Source: an uncultured Gemmatimonadales bacterium
GTDB taxonomy: Bacteria; Gemmatimonadota; Gemmatimonadetes; Gemmatimonadales; GWC2-71-9
DNA: 64,000 nt
Assembly (NCBI GenBank): GCA_963821525.1
Contig: CAWGED010000012.1
Span: 32,001-96,000, forward strand
Direction of reading: 5' to 3'
How positions within the stretch are numbered: the first letter of the stretch is position 1; the number at the start of each line of letters is the position of its first letter. The notes beneath the pieces are model-generated. The model did not search any database, was not told the DNA's origin, and saw nothing but the letters and a program-made list of their open reading frames with translations. Both the position numbers and the translations under genes were made by a program. This document shows positions 21,608 through 32,010 of this stretch, one piece after another.

Positions 21608-21723
21608 TGCCCTCCCTCGACTGAACGCAGGGTCCTGCGATCGGGAGCTATGGGGCTGCTCGAAGGTCGTGGCATCCGTCTAACGGATTCTTGGCCTGTA
21701 TCATCTGAGTCGATCACCCGCCC

Positions 21724-22119
21724 TCACGTCTCACGTCCCCGCACCAGCACCGCCACCGCCCCCGCCGTTCTATCCGAGTGACTCAGGGAAAGCTGGATGT
21801 CGAAGGGGCCGTGTTTGGCCGCCAGCTCAGCAGCCAGACCCAACAACTTGAGGGACGGACGCCCGTCATGAGCCCGTTCGACCTCCAGGTCCTGCCACGA
21901 AACCGCGCGCGCATCGGGGAGCGACTGCAGAGCTTTGTAGGCGGCTTCCTTCGCCGCCATTCGCGCCGCGATGTGGAGGGCTGGACGGAATCTTCCAATG
22001 ACGTACTCACGCTCGCCTTCGGTGAGGAACCGGGTGAGTACCCGTTCTCCATGCCGCTCCAGCATCCGCTCGACCCGCGCGATATCCACGAGGTCGATCC
22101 CGACTCCGATCAGCTCCAT
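21724..22119 (-). CDS. acpS: Holo-ACP synthase
   Basis: GVGIDLVD, AAKEAAYKAL, GRP, LSLSH. Confidence 0.95.
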   Translation of the reverse strand: MELIGVGIDLVDIARVERMLERHGERVLTRFLTEGEREYVIGRFRPALHIAARMAAKEAAYKALQSLPDARAVSWQDLEVERAHDGRPSLKLLGLAAELAAKHGPFDIQLSLSHSDRTAGAVAVLVRGRET

Positions 22120-22880
22120 CGCTCCCACACCCATTCGACCGGTCCCTCGAGCGGTCCGGGAACCGGGAGATAGCCACCGAGCAGAAGACCGACGTATGCC
22201 GCCGTGGCGAGGATCAACAACGAAATAAGGACCAGCGGCCACATCGGCCGCCGCCACGCCCGCACTTCCTCCACGTCACGCGCCCAGCGGATCCATTCCT
22301 TCTCGGCCGCGTCCTCGAGGCCGAGCCATGCGGATTCGAGCCGGCGGGCGACGGTAGTGAGGAGGTTGGACCAGTTCTCCGCCGCGGGGCCCTTACCCTG
22401 TGCGGCGCGGGCGGCGTGGGCCGCCGTCTCGAGGCGGTCAACCGCTTCGCGGAAGGGGCCGCTCCCGGCGTCGAGTCGCGAGTGGAGCGCAAAGGCCTCG
22501 TCGGGACCGAGAGGCAGCCGACGGCGCAACCGGCGAGGCATTCGAGATTCAGCCGCCGCGGCCTCCAGACGCGCGTTGATTGCCTGCGAGGCGCGCTGGC
22601 TCACCGCGGTGAGGGCATGCTCCCAGAGTCCGAGCCAGACCGAACGCCCCAGTGTCGCGATGGTGAGATCGGGATCGTCCGCGGCGCACCACTCCCGCGC
22701 CTCGCCGGAACGCACGAATACCTCGGTCACGAGTTCGTAGCGGATGTCTTCCAGCGGAATCCAGTGACGCTGTCCGGTCTCAATGACCGGCGGCGCCACC
22801 AGCCGGCCCAGGTACGGGCCGAGTTCCGGGATCTCGAGTCTCACGTGGTGCTCGCTGGCGAGGCTCACAGGCCGTGCCAC
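22110..22880 (-). CDS. Hypothetical protein with C-terminal TM helix
   Basis: Overlaps both neighbours in an operon; helical with hydrophobic C-terminus. Confidence 0.75.
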   Translation of the reverse strand: MARPVSLASEHHVRLEIPELGPYLGRLVAPPVIETGQRHWIPLEDIRYELVTEVFVRSGEAREWCAADDPDLTIATLGRSVWLGLWEHALTAVSQRASQAINARLEAAAAESRMPRRLRRRLPLGPDEAFALHSRLDAGSGPFREAVDRLETAAHAARAAQGKGPAAENWSNLLTTVARRLESAWLGLEDAAEKEWIRWARDVEEVRAWRRPMWPLVLISLLILATAAYVGLLLGGYLPVPGPLEGPVEWVWERWS

Positions 22881-23461
22881 GATGGGGTGGCGTTACCCAG
22901 GTCCTGCTCGGCAACGACCGCAGGGTGAGACTCCCGCGCCTCGTAACGCTCGACGAAATCGGCGAGCGGGTCGGCCAGGAAGGCAGAACGAGGAAGCCCG
23001 CTCTGGCCCACGGCCGATTCGATGGCGGCAGGAGTGCCTTCAATCTCCATGAGCACATCCATCCGGGGATACCACTCCAGGCGCGCGGTGGCGCCGGCAA
23101 TGGAGAACACTTCAACGTAGCGATCGATGCTGCGTAGTACGCTGTAGCCTAGCGCTTCGAGCAACCGTGCGGCCGTGACGCCATCCGGAGTCGGATACTC
23201 GATTTCCTGGCGCAGTTTGTAGCCATCCGGCGAACGAAGGGTAGGTCCCTTCCATCCGATCATGGCGTGGGCCGGCTCGCCTCGGGGTTCGTAGCTCCTG
23301 ATCCGCAGCACTTCACCCTTCGCGGTGAGCCGGCCAGCGGAATCGAACAGCCGGTCGCGCATCATCCCGCGGTACACCTCGCGGGCTCCCGCCGCCTTCA
23401 GTCGCTCGCGAGTCCTGGATGGATCCGGTACCACCGCCTTGAGCTCGAGCTCTTCAGCCAA
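22865..23461 (-). CDS. CYTH domain protein (class IV adenylate cyclase-like)
   Basis: N-terminal ELELK, LRIR, KGP, R.EIE, MEIEG. Confidence 0.87.
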   Translation of the reverse strand: MAEELELKAVVPDPSRTRERLKAAGAREVYRGMMRDRLFDSAGRLTAKGEVLRIRSYEPRGEPAHAMIGWKGPTLRSPDGYKLRQEIEYPTPDGVTAARLLEALGYSVLRSIDRYVEVFSIAGATARLEWYPRMDVLMEIEGTPAAIESAVGQSGLPRSAFLADPLADFVERYEARESHPAVVAEQDLGNATPSWHGL

Positions 23462-24152
23462 GAATCGCCTCGACCACTCGCTCGGTGTCGCTCAAGTCCG
23501 GAAACGCCGCGTAGGCTCCTGCTGCCGTCAGGTCCTCACACTGGTACGAGCCGGTGGCGACGCCGATCGCTCGTGCCTCGATACCCAGCCCGCAGGTCAT
23601 GTCGGCCGGGGTGTCTCCGATGATCACGACGTCGGTGCCGCGCGGCTCCCTCCCAAAATGGGGGTGAGCCCTCTTTGAAGCGATCGCCGGCAGATCCGGG
23701 CGGTGCCCCGAGTCGGAGCCATACGCGCCGACCCGGAAGCGGGACGGATCGATGCCGCAGGCTTTGAGCTTGAGGGCCGCCCCTTCCGCCATGTTACCGG
23801 TGAGCAGTCCCAGGACGATTTCCGATTCGGATTCGAGCCGGTCGAGAATGGCGGGAACGCCCGGCATCAGGCGGATCCTGGTCCGGGGCTGCTGCAACTC
23901 GACCTCGAGGAGCGTCACGTAGCTCCGGCACAACCCGGCTATCAGGACGCCATCGCCGCACTGGGGATGTCCGCCGGCCTCGAGCAGCTCGCGCATGATC
24001 TGGGGGTCGGTTTTTCCATCGAAGCGGATGCGTTCGAACGCGGCAGGGTCGCTCACATGGTCGCGCAGTGCGGTGGCGATGGCGCGCCGCCCGGCGCCGG
24101 CGGTCATGAGCAGAGTGCCGTCGATGTCGAACAGCACCAGCCGTTGCGCCAC
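23454..24152 (-). CDS. HAD family hydrolase
   Basis: LFDIDGTL, LTGN, IGDTPAD. Confidence 0.9.
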   Translation of the reverse strand: MAQRLVLFDIDGTLLMTAGAGRRAIATALRDHVSDPAAFERIRFDGKTDPQIMRELLEAGGHPQCGDGVLIAGLCRSYVTLLEVELQQPRTRIRLMPGVPAILDRLESESEIVLGLLTGNMAEGAALKLKACGIDPSRFRVGAYGSDSGHRPDLPAIASKRAHPHFGREPRGTDVVIIGDTPADMTCGLGIEARAIGVATGSYQCEDLTAAGAYAAFPDLSDTERVVEAILG

Positions 24153-24154
24153 GG

Positions 24155-24929
24155 CTATTTCACCCGCCGAACGCCAACCAGCCGCTCCCGCATGTATTCC
24201 GCCCGGGTGCCCGGTCCCCACGGCTCTTGGACGAATCCCCCGCAGGAGAGGGTCGCATGCACCAGCGAGTCCTCTGCTCCGCAAATCGCGACGTGAGTCA
24301 CCCGACCGTCTTCGGCGAAGAAGAGCAGGTCGCCGAGCCGACTTTCGCCGGCGTCCACGGAACGCCAGAGGTGATCTGCTGAGAGGCATCTCGAGGAAGT
24401 GCGACGCCGCGGGCGAGGAATGTGGTCTGCACCAGCCCGAGCAGTCAACACCCCAGGGCGTGACCCCGCCCCATTGGTAAGCGGTTCCGGCAAAGGCCCG
24501 AGCAGCCCAGCGATCAAGAGGAGTGCGGGTCGCTCGCCGACGGGCTTTGGAGAACGGCACCACCGATCCCGCTATCAGCCGGCCGCGCCGTCCATCGGGC
24601 AGGCCCAGCTCGGCGCCTTTCAGCCGGACCCGGGAACGGAGCGGCAGCCGAACGATCTCGGAGCCTGCCCCCACTACCGCACCCTCACTCCAGCCATCAG
24701 CCGCTTCCCGCCATTCCACCGCGGTCTCCGAATCAATCTCCAGCACGTAGCCGCGGTGAACCCAGCCCTGATAGCTGTCGCCGTCGAGCTGAATGCGGCG
24801 CCAGTCGCCTGTCTCCTCCAGGATCTGCGCGGTTTCACCGAGGACGAGCTGGGTGACTTGTTCGGCACGGGTGGAGGGCTCGAGGCACACCGGTGCCACC
24901 CCCGACCGCCCGATGAGCGCTCCAATCAC
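24155..24929 (-). CDS. SH3b + NlpC/P60 peptidase (frameshifts near 24435 and 24335)
   Basis: TQLVLGE...YQGWV; YQWGG..PWGVDCSG; GDLLFF...THVAI...VHA. Confidence 0.88.
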
Positions 24930-25099
24930 TGACCGGCAGACTCCTTTTCCTGGCAGGCCTTGCAGAGCGTGACCCCGCGGAAGGTGCACATCAGGCAGAT
25001 GAAGGTGCCGCACCCTTCGCAGGGATATCCCTCCGAGGCGCGCTCCTCCCGCTCGCAGGCGCGGCAGATCATGGCGTCATGCTCTTTTAGTTCCGCCAT
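24926..25099 (-). CDS. Small 57-aa protein with four CxxC motifs (not in ORF track)
   Basis: MAELKEHDAMICRACEREERASEGYPCEGCGTFICLMCTFRGVTLCKACQEKESAGQ; SD aaggag; GTGA overlap with NlpC start. Confidence 0.85.
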   Translation of the reverse strand: MAELKEHDAMICRACEREERASEGYPCEGCGTFICLMCTFRGVTLCKACQEKESAGQ

Positions 25100-25118
25100 T
25101 GTGGCTCCTTCGCGACAT

Positions 25119-25212
25119 AGCCATAAGCCATAAGCCTTAAGCCGTTAAGCTAACAGCCTGGCAGCCTTGGCTCATGGGCCGGGCGTTTGGCTTACGGCTT
25201 ACGGCTTAAGGC
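25119..25212. repeat. Inverted heptamer tracts (AGCCATA/AGCCTTA)n ... (GGCTTAC)n
   Basis: agccataagccataagccttaagccgttaagc ... ggcttacggcttacggcttaaggc. Confidence 0.88.
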
Positions 25213-25225
25213 ACTCTCCTCGTCC

Positions 25226-26572
25226 TTAAACCTGAATCGAATACCTCTTAATCTTGTTGATCAGCGTCGCCCGGGAGATGCCGAGCTCAAGGGCCGCCCG
25301 GGTTCGATTGCCGGCATGGTGCCGCAAGGTGCGCTCGATGTGCACCCGTTCGAGATCGTCCAGGGTCTGCGGAGTGTGGCGACGGTCGCCCGGGCCGGGA
25401 CGGGCGCGGAATTCCCCGGGCAGATGCTCAACGCCGATCTGGGACTGGCCCCGGGCGAGGATCACCGCGCGCTCCAGGACGTTACGCATCTCGCGGACGT
25501 TCCCCGGCCAGGAGTGGCCCAGCATCCGCTCGATGGCCTCGTTGGAGAGTGCCGCGGGAACCCCCGAAACCTTCCCCTGCAGTTCGTTGAGGAGCGCCGA
25601 CATCAAGGTGAGCCGGTCTTCCCGTGCCCGGTCGCGCAGCGGCGGCAGCACCACCGGCATCACGCTGAGGCGGTAGTAGAGATCTTCCCGGAATTTCCCC
25701 GCCTCGACTTCCGCGGCGAGGTCGCGGCTGCTCGCCGCGAGAATCCGCACATCAGTCGCCACGTCGCGGGTTCCGCCCACCCGGCGGAAGGTCCGGGTCT
25801 CCAGAACCCGCTGCAATTTGGGCTGCAACTCGGCGGGGAGGTCTCCGATTTCTTCGAAGAGAATCGTTCCACCCGAGGAGATTTCCATGAGACCCTGACG
25901 GCGTTCCCGCACGTCCGCCGGCGTCGCCCGTTCGACCCCGAAGAGCTCGGCGTCGAGTCCGGCGGAACTGCGTCCCCAGCAGGAGACTTCGGTGAAGGGC
26001 CCCGAGGCGCGGGGACTCAGCTGGTGCAGCATCCGCCCGACCCAGGCCTTCCCCACCCCGCTCTCTCCTTTGAGCAGTACAGCCGTGCGATCGCTCAGCG
26101 CGACGAGACCGATCTGCCGAGTCAGCTCCTTCATCTCGGGTGAGTCGCCCAGCGATTCGAGCCCTTCTCCCGGCGAGGTGCGGAGGAGCAGCATCTCGTT
26201 GAGCCGGCGGAGCCGTACCTTGTCCGAAACCCTGGTGGCCGCGGCCGTGAGGTGGTCCATGTCCACCGGCTTGGTGAGGAAGTTCTCCGCGCCAAGCTGC
26301 ATGGCCTTCACCGCGGTGGGGACGTCGCCCTGGCCGGTGAGGAGGATGACCGCGGCATTTCTCTCTCGAAGCCGCGACAGCACCTCCATTCCGTCGAGGC
26401 CGGGGAGATGCAGGTCGAGGATCACGACCTCCGGCCGCAGCCGGTCGTAGGCGGCGAGACCGGCTTCGCCGTCCAGTTCGCGCGCCACTTCCCAGCCTAC
26501 GCGCTCGAAGTAAGTGCCGACCGTGCGCAGCACGTCGGCGTCGTCATCAATCAGCAGGACGGAATCAGCCAT
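25226..26572 (-). CDS. NtrC-family response regulator (REC-AAA-Fis HTH), atypical
   Basis: IDDD/LDL receiver, GESGVGK, FREDLYYRL, WPGNVRE, LGISRATL; GAFTGA absent. Confidence 0.93.
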   Translation of the reverse strand: MADSVLLIDDDADVLRTVGTYFERVGWEVARELDGEAGLAAYDRLRPEVVILDLHLPGLDGMEVLSRLRERNAAVILLTGQGDVPTAVKAMQLGAENFLTKPVDMDHLTAAATRVSDKVRLRRLNEMLLLRTSPGEGLESLGDSPEMKELTRQIGLVALSDRTAVLLKGESGVGKAWVGRMLHQLSPRASGPFTEVSCWGRSSAGLDAELFGVERATPADVRERRQGLMEISSGGTILFEEIGDLPAELQPKLQRVLETRTFRRVGGTRDVATDVRILAASSRDLAAEVEAGKFREDLYYRLSVMPVVLPPLRDRAREDRLTLMSALLNELQGKVSGVPAALSNEAIERMLGHSWPGNVREMRNVLERAVILARGQSQIGVEHLPGEFRARPGPGDRRHTPQTLDDLERVHIERTLRHHAGNRTRAALELGISRATLINKIKRYSIQV

Positions 26573-26687
26573 CAGCGACTCCCGTCAGACGGGTGACCTT
26601 GTGGTCCATGGCCCTGGTAGGAGGATGGCTCGAAGATGCGCTTGCGCGTCACGGACGCAATCCCCGGCCCCGACCCGGCACGAACGC

Positions 26688-27590
26688 TCACAAAAGTGGT
26701 GGAACGAGAACCCGAACAGCTCCAGGTACCACGGTTGCCACGAAAGGCGTTTCTCCTCCGGGCTCGCCGTCCAGCTGGACCGGTTCGGCCGGGGTGGTTT
26801 CGACCCGGATCTCACGGCCCTGGGCGTACCCGATGCGCCCTTCGCTGCCTTCAGGCACACCTTCGTGCAGCAACTCCCAGATCGCGCGAACGCCCTCGAC
26901 GAAGCTGTCGGCCCGAACGACCACGACATCGAGCAGGCCGTCGTAAGGAGAGATGCCGGTGCGGAGCCTCACGAAAGGCGGGATGACCTCCCCGCAGTTG
27001 GCGATCAGGACCATCGTGGCCTGCGCCTCGTATTCCACGCCATCCACGGTGATCAGGTGCTGGATGCTGCGCATCTCGGGCACCAGCCTCAGGGTCGTGA
27101 CGACGTACGCGGCGAAACGCCAGCGGTGCTTGTCCAACGTGCTGGTGCCGGCCATGACTCTCGCATCGTAACCGGCGCCACAGGCGACCGCGAAGTAATG
27201 CGTCCCGTCGCTCCGCTCCATGCGCCCCAGGTCGAGCGGACGCGCCGTGCCGGCTACCAACGCCTTCGCCGCCCGAACCGGGTGGGTCGGGATTCGCAGG
27301 TTGCCCGCGAGCAGGTTGCCGGTGCCGCCGGGAACGACGCCGAGTGCGACGTCGGTACCGACCAGTGCGGCGGCGGCCTGCATCGTGGTGCCGTCACCGC
27401 CAAACACAGTCACCACGTCCAACCGGTCCGCCACCGCCTGCTCGGCCAGACGCCGGGCATCGCCGGGGCCGACGGTGGCAGCCAGCTCCACCTTCCAGCC
27501 ACCTCGCTCGAGCGTCTCGACCACGGCCCGGACGGCGACATCTTCGGTCCGCGCCGCCGCGGGGTTGGTAATGAGCAGCACCCGGGTCAC
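26688..27590 (-). CDS. Diacylglycerol kinase family lipid kinase
   Basis: NPAA, GGDGT, PGGTGN, QLDGE. Confidence 0.92.
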   Translation of the reverse strand: MTRVLLITNPAAARTEDVAVRAVVETLERGGWKVELAATVGPGDARRLAEQAVADRLDVVTVFGGDGTTMQAAAALVGTDVALGVVPGGTGNLLAGNLRIPTHPVRAAKALVAGTARPLDLGRMERSDGTHYFAVACGAGYDARVMAGTSTLDKHRWRFAAYVVTTLRLVPEMRSIQHLITVDGVEYEAQATMVLIANCGEVIPPFVRLRTGISPYDGLLDVVVVRADSFVEGVRAIWELLHEGVPEGSEGRIGYAQGREIRVETTPAEPVQLDGEPGGETPFVATVVPGAVRVLVPPLL

Positions 27591-30500
27591 GTCAATAGTC
27601 CAGGGACCACAGCGTGTCCAGACCGACCTGATAGCGCTTTCGATTCTGGGATGGATCGAAAGTGTTGATGGTACAGGGCGTGGTCGGTTCGACCGCCAGC
27701 TTGAAGCGAAGCGGCCGGTTGAGCCGGTACTCCGCACTGGGGTAGAAATTCGTCCCGCTGGTGCAGACATCGGTCAGCAGAGCGAGATACCACTTCCGAC
27801 CCACCTGCCAGCCGGCGGTGACCTGTGCCACCTGCGAAGCGCCGCTGCTTGGTCGCGGACACCGTCCCGCTGGAGACGGTGCCCGGCCGGATATCGAGGT
27901 AGTCGATCGGGACACCCAGGTCGCTGATCAGCGTCCGCTGGATTTCGCTGGAAAGGGCGCTCGAGAAGTAGGAGATGCCGGTGGCGAGCGCCGCCGATTG
28001 GTTCTGGCTTGCGGCGCCGCCCGAATTCACCGCGAAGCTGGAACGCCCGAACATGAGGTAACTGACCAGTTCCGTCTCGGAGAGCGGCGGGTGCTGATCG
28101 CTCTCCAGCGCCAGCTTCGGCTGGAGCAGCGTGCCCGTGATCTTGGCGATGATCTCAATCTCCTGCCTGGTATCAATGTCTTCCGCGATGTACTTGGCCG
28201 TGATGTTCAACTCGGCATTAAGGTCCGGCGTCCCGAAGTAGCGGACCGTCCCCTCTTCTACCGTGAAGTCCCGGACCACGAACCCGATCTTGACGCTGTA
28301 GGTTCCGCGCAGCGCGCTGAGCGTCCCGTCCATGCGGTAGACGTCGCGCACCTTGTTGACCGTGAGATCCCCGTCCAACTGGATGTTGGCCTCGCTGGAG
28401 CGGAGCCAGAACGATTCGCCCATCACCAGCCGGAGGTTCTCGATGGTGAGCGAGTCGAGGAACCGGTTCTGGAACGCGGCACTCAGCTCCCCACGGAGTT
28501 CCGAGATATCGATGAGCTCGGAGTCAGCCGGATTCTCCAGATTCACGATTCGCTTGGTGATCAGGTCGGAGAAGCGGAAATTGCCCTCGTCCGCCACGAT
28601 ACGCCCGGTGAGACGGGCCTGCATCACCGGCCCGGTCAGCTCCAGGTTGCCGGTAGCGTCCAGGGTGAGGAACCGCCGGTCGGCAATGGCGCGGAACCGA
28701 TTGGCCCGGAGCTTCAGGCCGAGAATCGGGCGGGTCAGCTCCTCGAGCCGGAGCACGCCGCCGACCTCCATGCTCCCCTTGCCCCCGTTCACCCGAAGGG
28801 TGTCAATCTGGATCGAGTCGCCGTTCAGTCGGGCGCGACCATTGATCGCGCTGAACGACGTTCCTAGCGAGGGCACGCTGCCTTCGGCGTTCCGCACATC
28901 GATGAAGCCGGCCAGGGCCGGCTTGTCCCAACTCCCGGTGACCTGCGCATCCATGCGAAGGGTGCCATGGACTCCCCGAACCGTATTGGTGAAGGCCTCG
29001 AGCACGCTCATTTCGGTGCTGTCGGCCACCGCCCGCACGACCAGGTCTCCCGGCAGCTGTCGCTTCGGCACGCTCTTCAGGGCGAGATCGATCGGAAGCG
29101 TCGCCTCGATCCGCATGACAGGGTTGCCGGTCTTCCACAACAGGACATTGGCATCGAGCCGGCGGTCGGCATAGTTGACGATTCCCTGCACGTAGGGCGA
29201 GGCGAGATCGCCGAGTGCCAGATCCGCGAGCGAGGCCGTGCCTTGGAAGGTCGGGGCCGCGGCGGTGCCACCCACTTCGATATCGGCCTGCACTGTCCCT
29301 CCCACTCTGGTGGTGTCACGCTGCAAGGCGAGATAGACGTCCCGCAGATCGAGTCCGATGGCACTGATTGTCAGCTTTCCTTCCTGCTCGCGAGGAAGAC
29401 TTCCTTCGATGCGGACCACGCCGGATCCGTCCGAGGCTTCGAGGAAAAGCGGACTGAAGTCGAACCGCTCCCGTCCCAGCGCCAGCGAGACCGGCTCATG
29501 CAGCCGCCAGGTATGGTCGGGCAGCGTCAGACGGGCGCTGTCCACCGCCACGACCTGCGACGGGGGTTTTTTCCAATATTGTCCGCTGGCCGCGAGGGAG
29601 ACGCTGTCCGCCAGCTTCGCCGAACCACTCCAGAGCAGTGAATCGGTGTAGCCCCGCAATTCGGCGGTGAGCGAGGTCATGGTCCAGCTTTTGGCTTCGC
29701 ACCGAATCCAGGGTAACCACCAGTCCCAGCTGAGAACGCTCCGCACGGCTCCAGTCGAGCGTGGCCGACGCGGTGGGGACCTCGAAGCCCTTCCACTCCA
29801 GCGCGCGTCCGTCCGCATCGATCCGAACGGTGGGAGCGTCCACTGCACCGGCCAGCGAAACCGTCCCGGCTACCCGGCCCTGGAGAGGATGCGGCGGCTC
29901 GCTGTCGCTTGGCGGCGTGGCCGTGTCGCGCAGGAAGGGATCCAGCGTGACGAGACTGTCGGCGGTAAAGGTGACCTGGATTTCCCCGTCCGAAGGAGAG
30001 CGCCAACCCAGTGTTCCTTCTCCGTTGGCTGCGACACCAGGAAGCCGCGCCAGAAGGGTGTCGAAGGTGAGGATCCCGTTTTCGGCGTTGAGAGTAGCGA
30101 TGACCGTGTCGAGCGGGAACATCGGCCGCGGTGCTGTGCGCCAGCGAGATCGCGAAGGTGCCCTGCGGACCGGTCACCGAATCCATGGTGCCGTTCACGA
30201 ACAGGGTTCCGGTGAGCTTGGTCTTCGGCGGTGTCTGGCGGAGTTGAGCGAGATCCACTCCTTCGAAGTCCACCAGCAGGCTGTCCCCTCCCATCTTGCC
30301 GGGGGTCAGCCGGACGCCACCGGTCGCCCGAAAGTGGCCGATCTCGCCACGCAGGTCTCCATCCACCCGCATGCTGTCCATCGTCCCGGAAAGCTTGAGC
30401 GGTCCCTGCAGCCGCCCGGGGAGCTTGAGCGCGGGGAAGCTGGTACGGAGACCATCGAAATCGAGAGGATCCAGCCGGACGTCGGTGGCGAATCGCGTCG

Positions 30501-32010
30501 TGGTCGAATCGCGGGTATCGAGCCGGGAAACTCCCTCCGCCATCGTTTCGGGATGGCCATCATCGTGATGCCGTGCCGTGCCGGAGAAAGTCACATTCTT
30601 CCACGGCCCTGAGAGCGTCCCGACCAGTGACAGCCTTCCCTGCAAAGGCAGCGAAGGCGAAACCTTCCTGATCGTGGCGAGGTCGAAGTCGGTCTCCCGC
30701 AACTCCATGGTGTCGAACACCGCACCGAGGGGCCCGCCCAGGTGTACCAGCCCGGCCAGGCTGAGGCGATTCTCGGCGCCACCCTCGACCGCGGAGTCGC
30801 TGAAGATGCCGTCGTAGTCGATCGTCAGCGCATCGAGATACCCGCGGCCCGACATCTTGCCGGTGAGAGTCCCGAAGAATGGCAGAGTGTCGAGGAAGGG
30901 ACGGAGCACGTCCATGTCGACCGCCGCGAGATCCAGCTTCATGTTGTCCGCGCCCAGGCCGCGCTGGCTGTCCACCAGCAAGGTGACCTGGCCGGTGATT
31001 CGACCGTCGTCACCCTGAAGCTGGAGACCGTGTAGCGCATACGACGTGAAGGTCTCGTCCCGGGACTTCGCCACGACCCGCGCCTTCCCCGTCATCTGCG
31101 GGAGTTTGGGCGTGATCCACCAGAAGTCCCGCAGGTCAGCCTGAGTCGCGACCATGGCGAAATCGTACAGCACCGGACCCTTGGGCCAGGTCAGGGTCCC
31201 GCTGCCCGAGGCGCGAGTGTTCGGCAGGCTCAACTGCTCGGCCGTGAATTGGAGCGTGTCGGCGCGGGTCCACCCGTTCGCGTCCAGCTGATTGATGGTG
31301 ATCGCGGGATCGCTGATCCGGGTAGACAGCGAGTCGACCTCGAAGGTCAGCGGCTCGTGGGTGGGCGAGCTGATCAGCAGGCGGCTGAGTCTCGCATTCA
31401 GAGCATCGAGGGTGACGAGCTTCCGGTATCCGTGCCGGGTCTCCAGGATGACTCTACCTGGCTTGGCCCGTTCGGCGGCGAGTACTGAAGCTTTGGAGGC
31501 GTCGGTCTTCGCAGTGTCCGGCGGGTTCCAGGGCAACAGCGCTTCGAGAGTCGTCGCGTGCAGTCTCGCGTTGCGGAGCTCGATCAGCGGCGAGGTCCCG
31601 CCACCTTTCCCTTCTCCCAGTTTGAAGATGTCCTGGAAGTTGAGCCGGCCGTTCTTCTGCTTCACGATCCGGATGGTCCCCCGGTCTATGTCGAGATCCT
31701 CGAGGATGATCCGGCCCGCCATGAGGTTGGGGAACTTGTAGCGGACCTCGAGATGAGGGATATCGGCCAGGAGGTCGCCGGTCGTATCACGGATCACGAC
31801 GTTATCGAATTCGAGCGTCCTCCAGAAATTGCCGGAGACTCGCGCCACCTCGAAGCGCCCGCGCATGACCCGCCCCAGCTCTCCGGCAACCAGCCGGCCA
31901 GTGAGCAAACGGCCGGTCTCGGTGAAGAGGAGCGCCGCGGCCCCGCCGAGCAACGCGGGGACGGTGCCGAGGAGAATGGCGACGAACAGCCGGATGACGT
32001 GGCGCCGCAT
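27587..32010 (-). CDS. tamB: Translocation/assembly module TamB (frameshifts near 30125, 29665, 27845)
   Basis: N-terminal TM, long beta-rich repeats, TamB-like C-terminus (GTLLQPKLALES..PPLSETELVSYLMFG); follows tamA. Confidence 0.85.

Noticed and set aside
23454..25013. Apparent NlpC/P60-HAD fusion (519 aa)
   Set aside because: The NlpC C-terminus lies in another frame ending at 24155; indel artefact.
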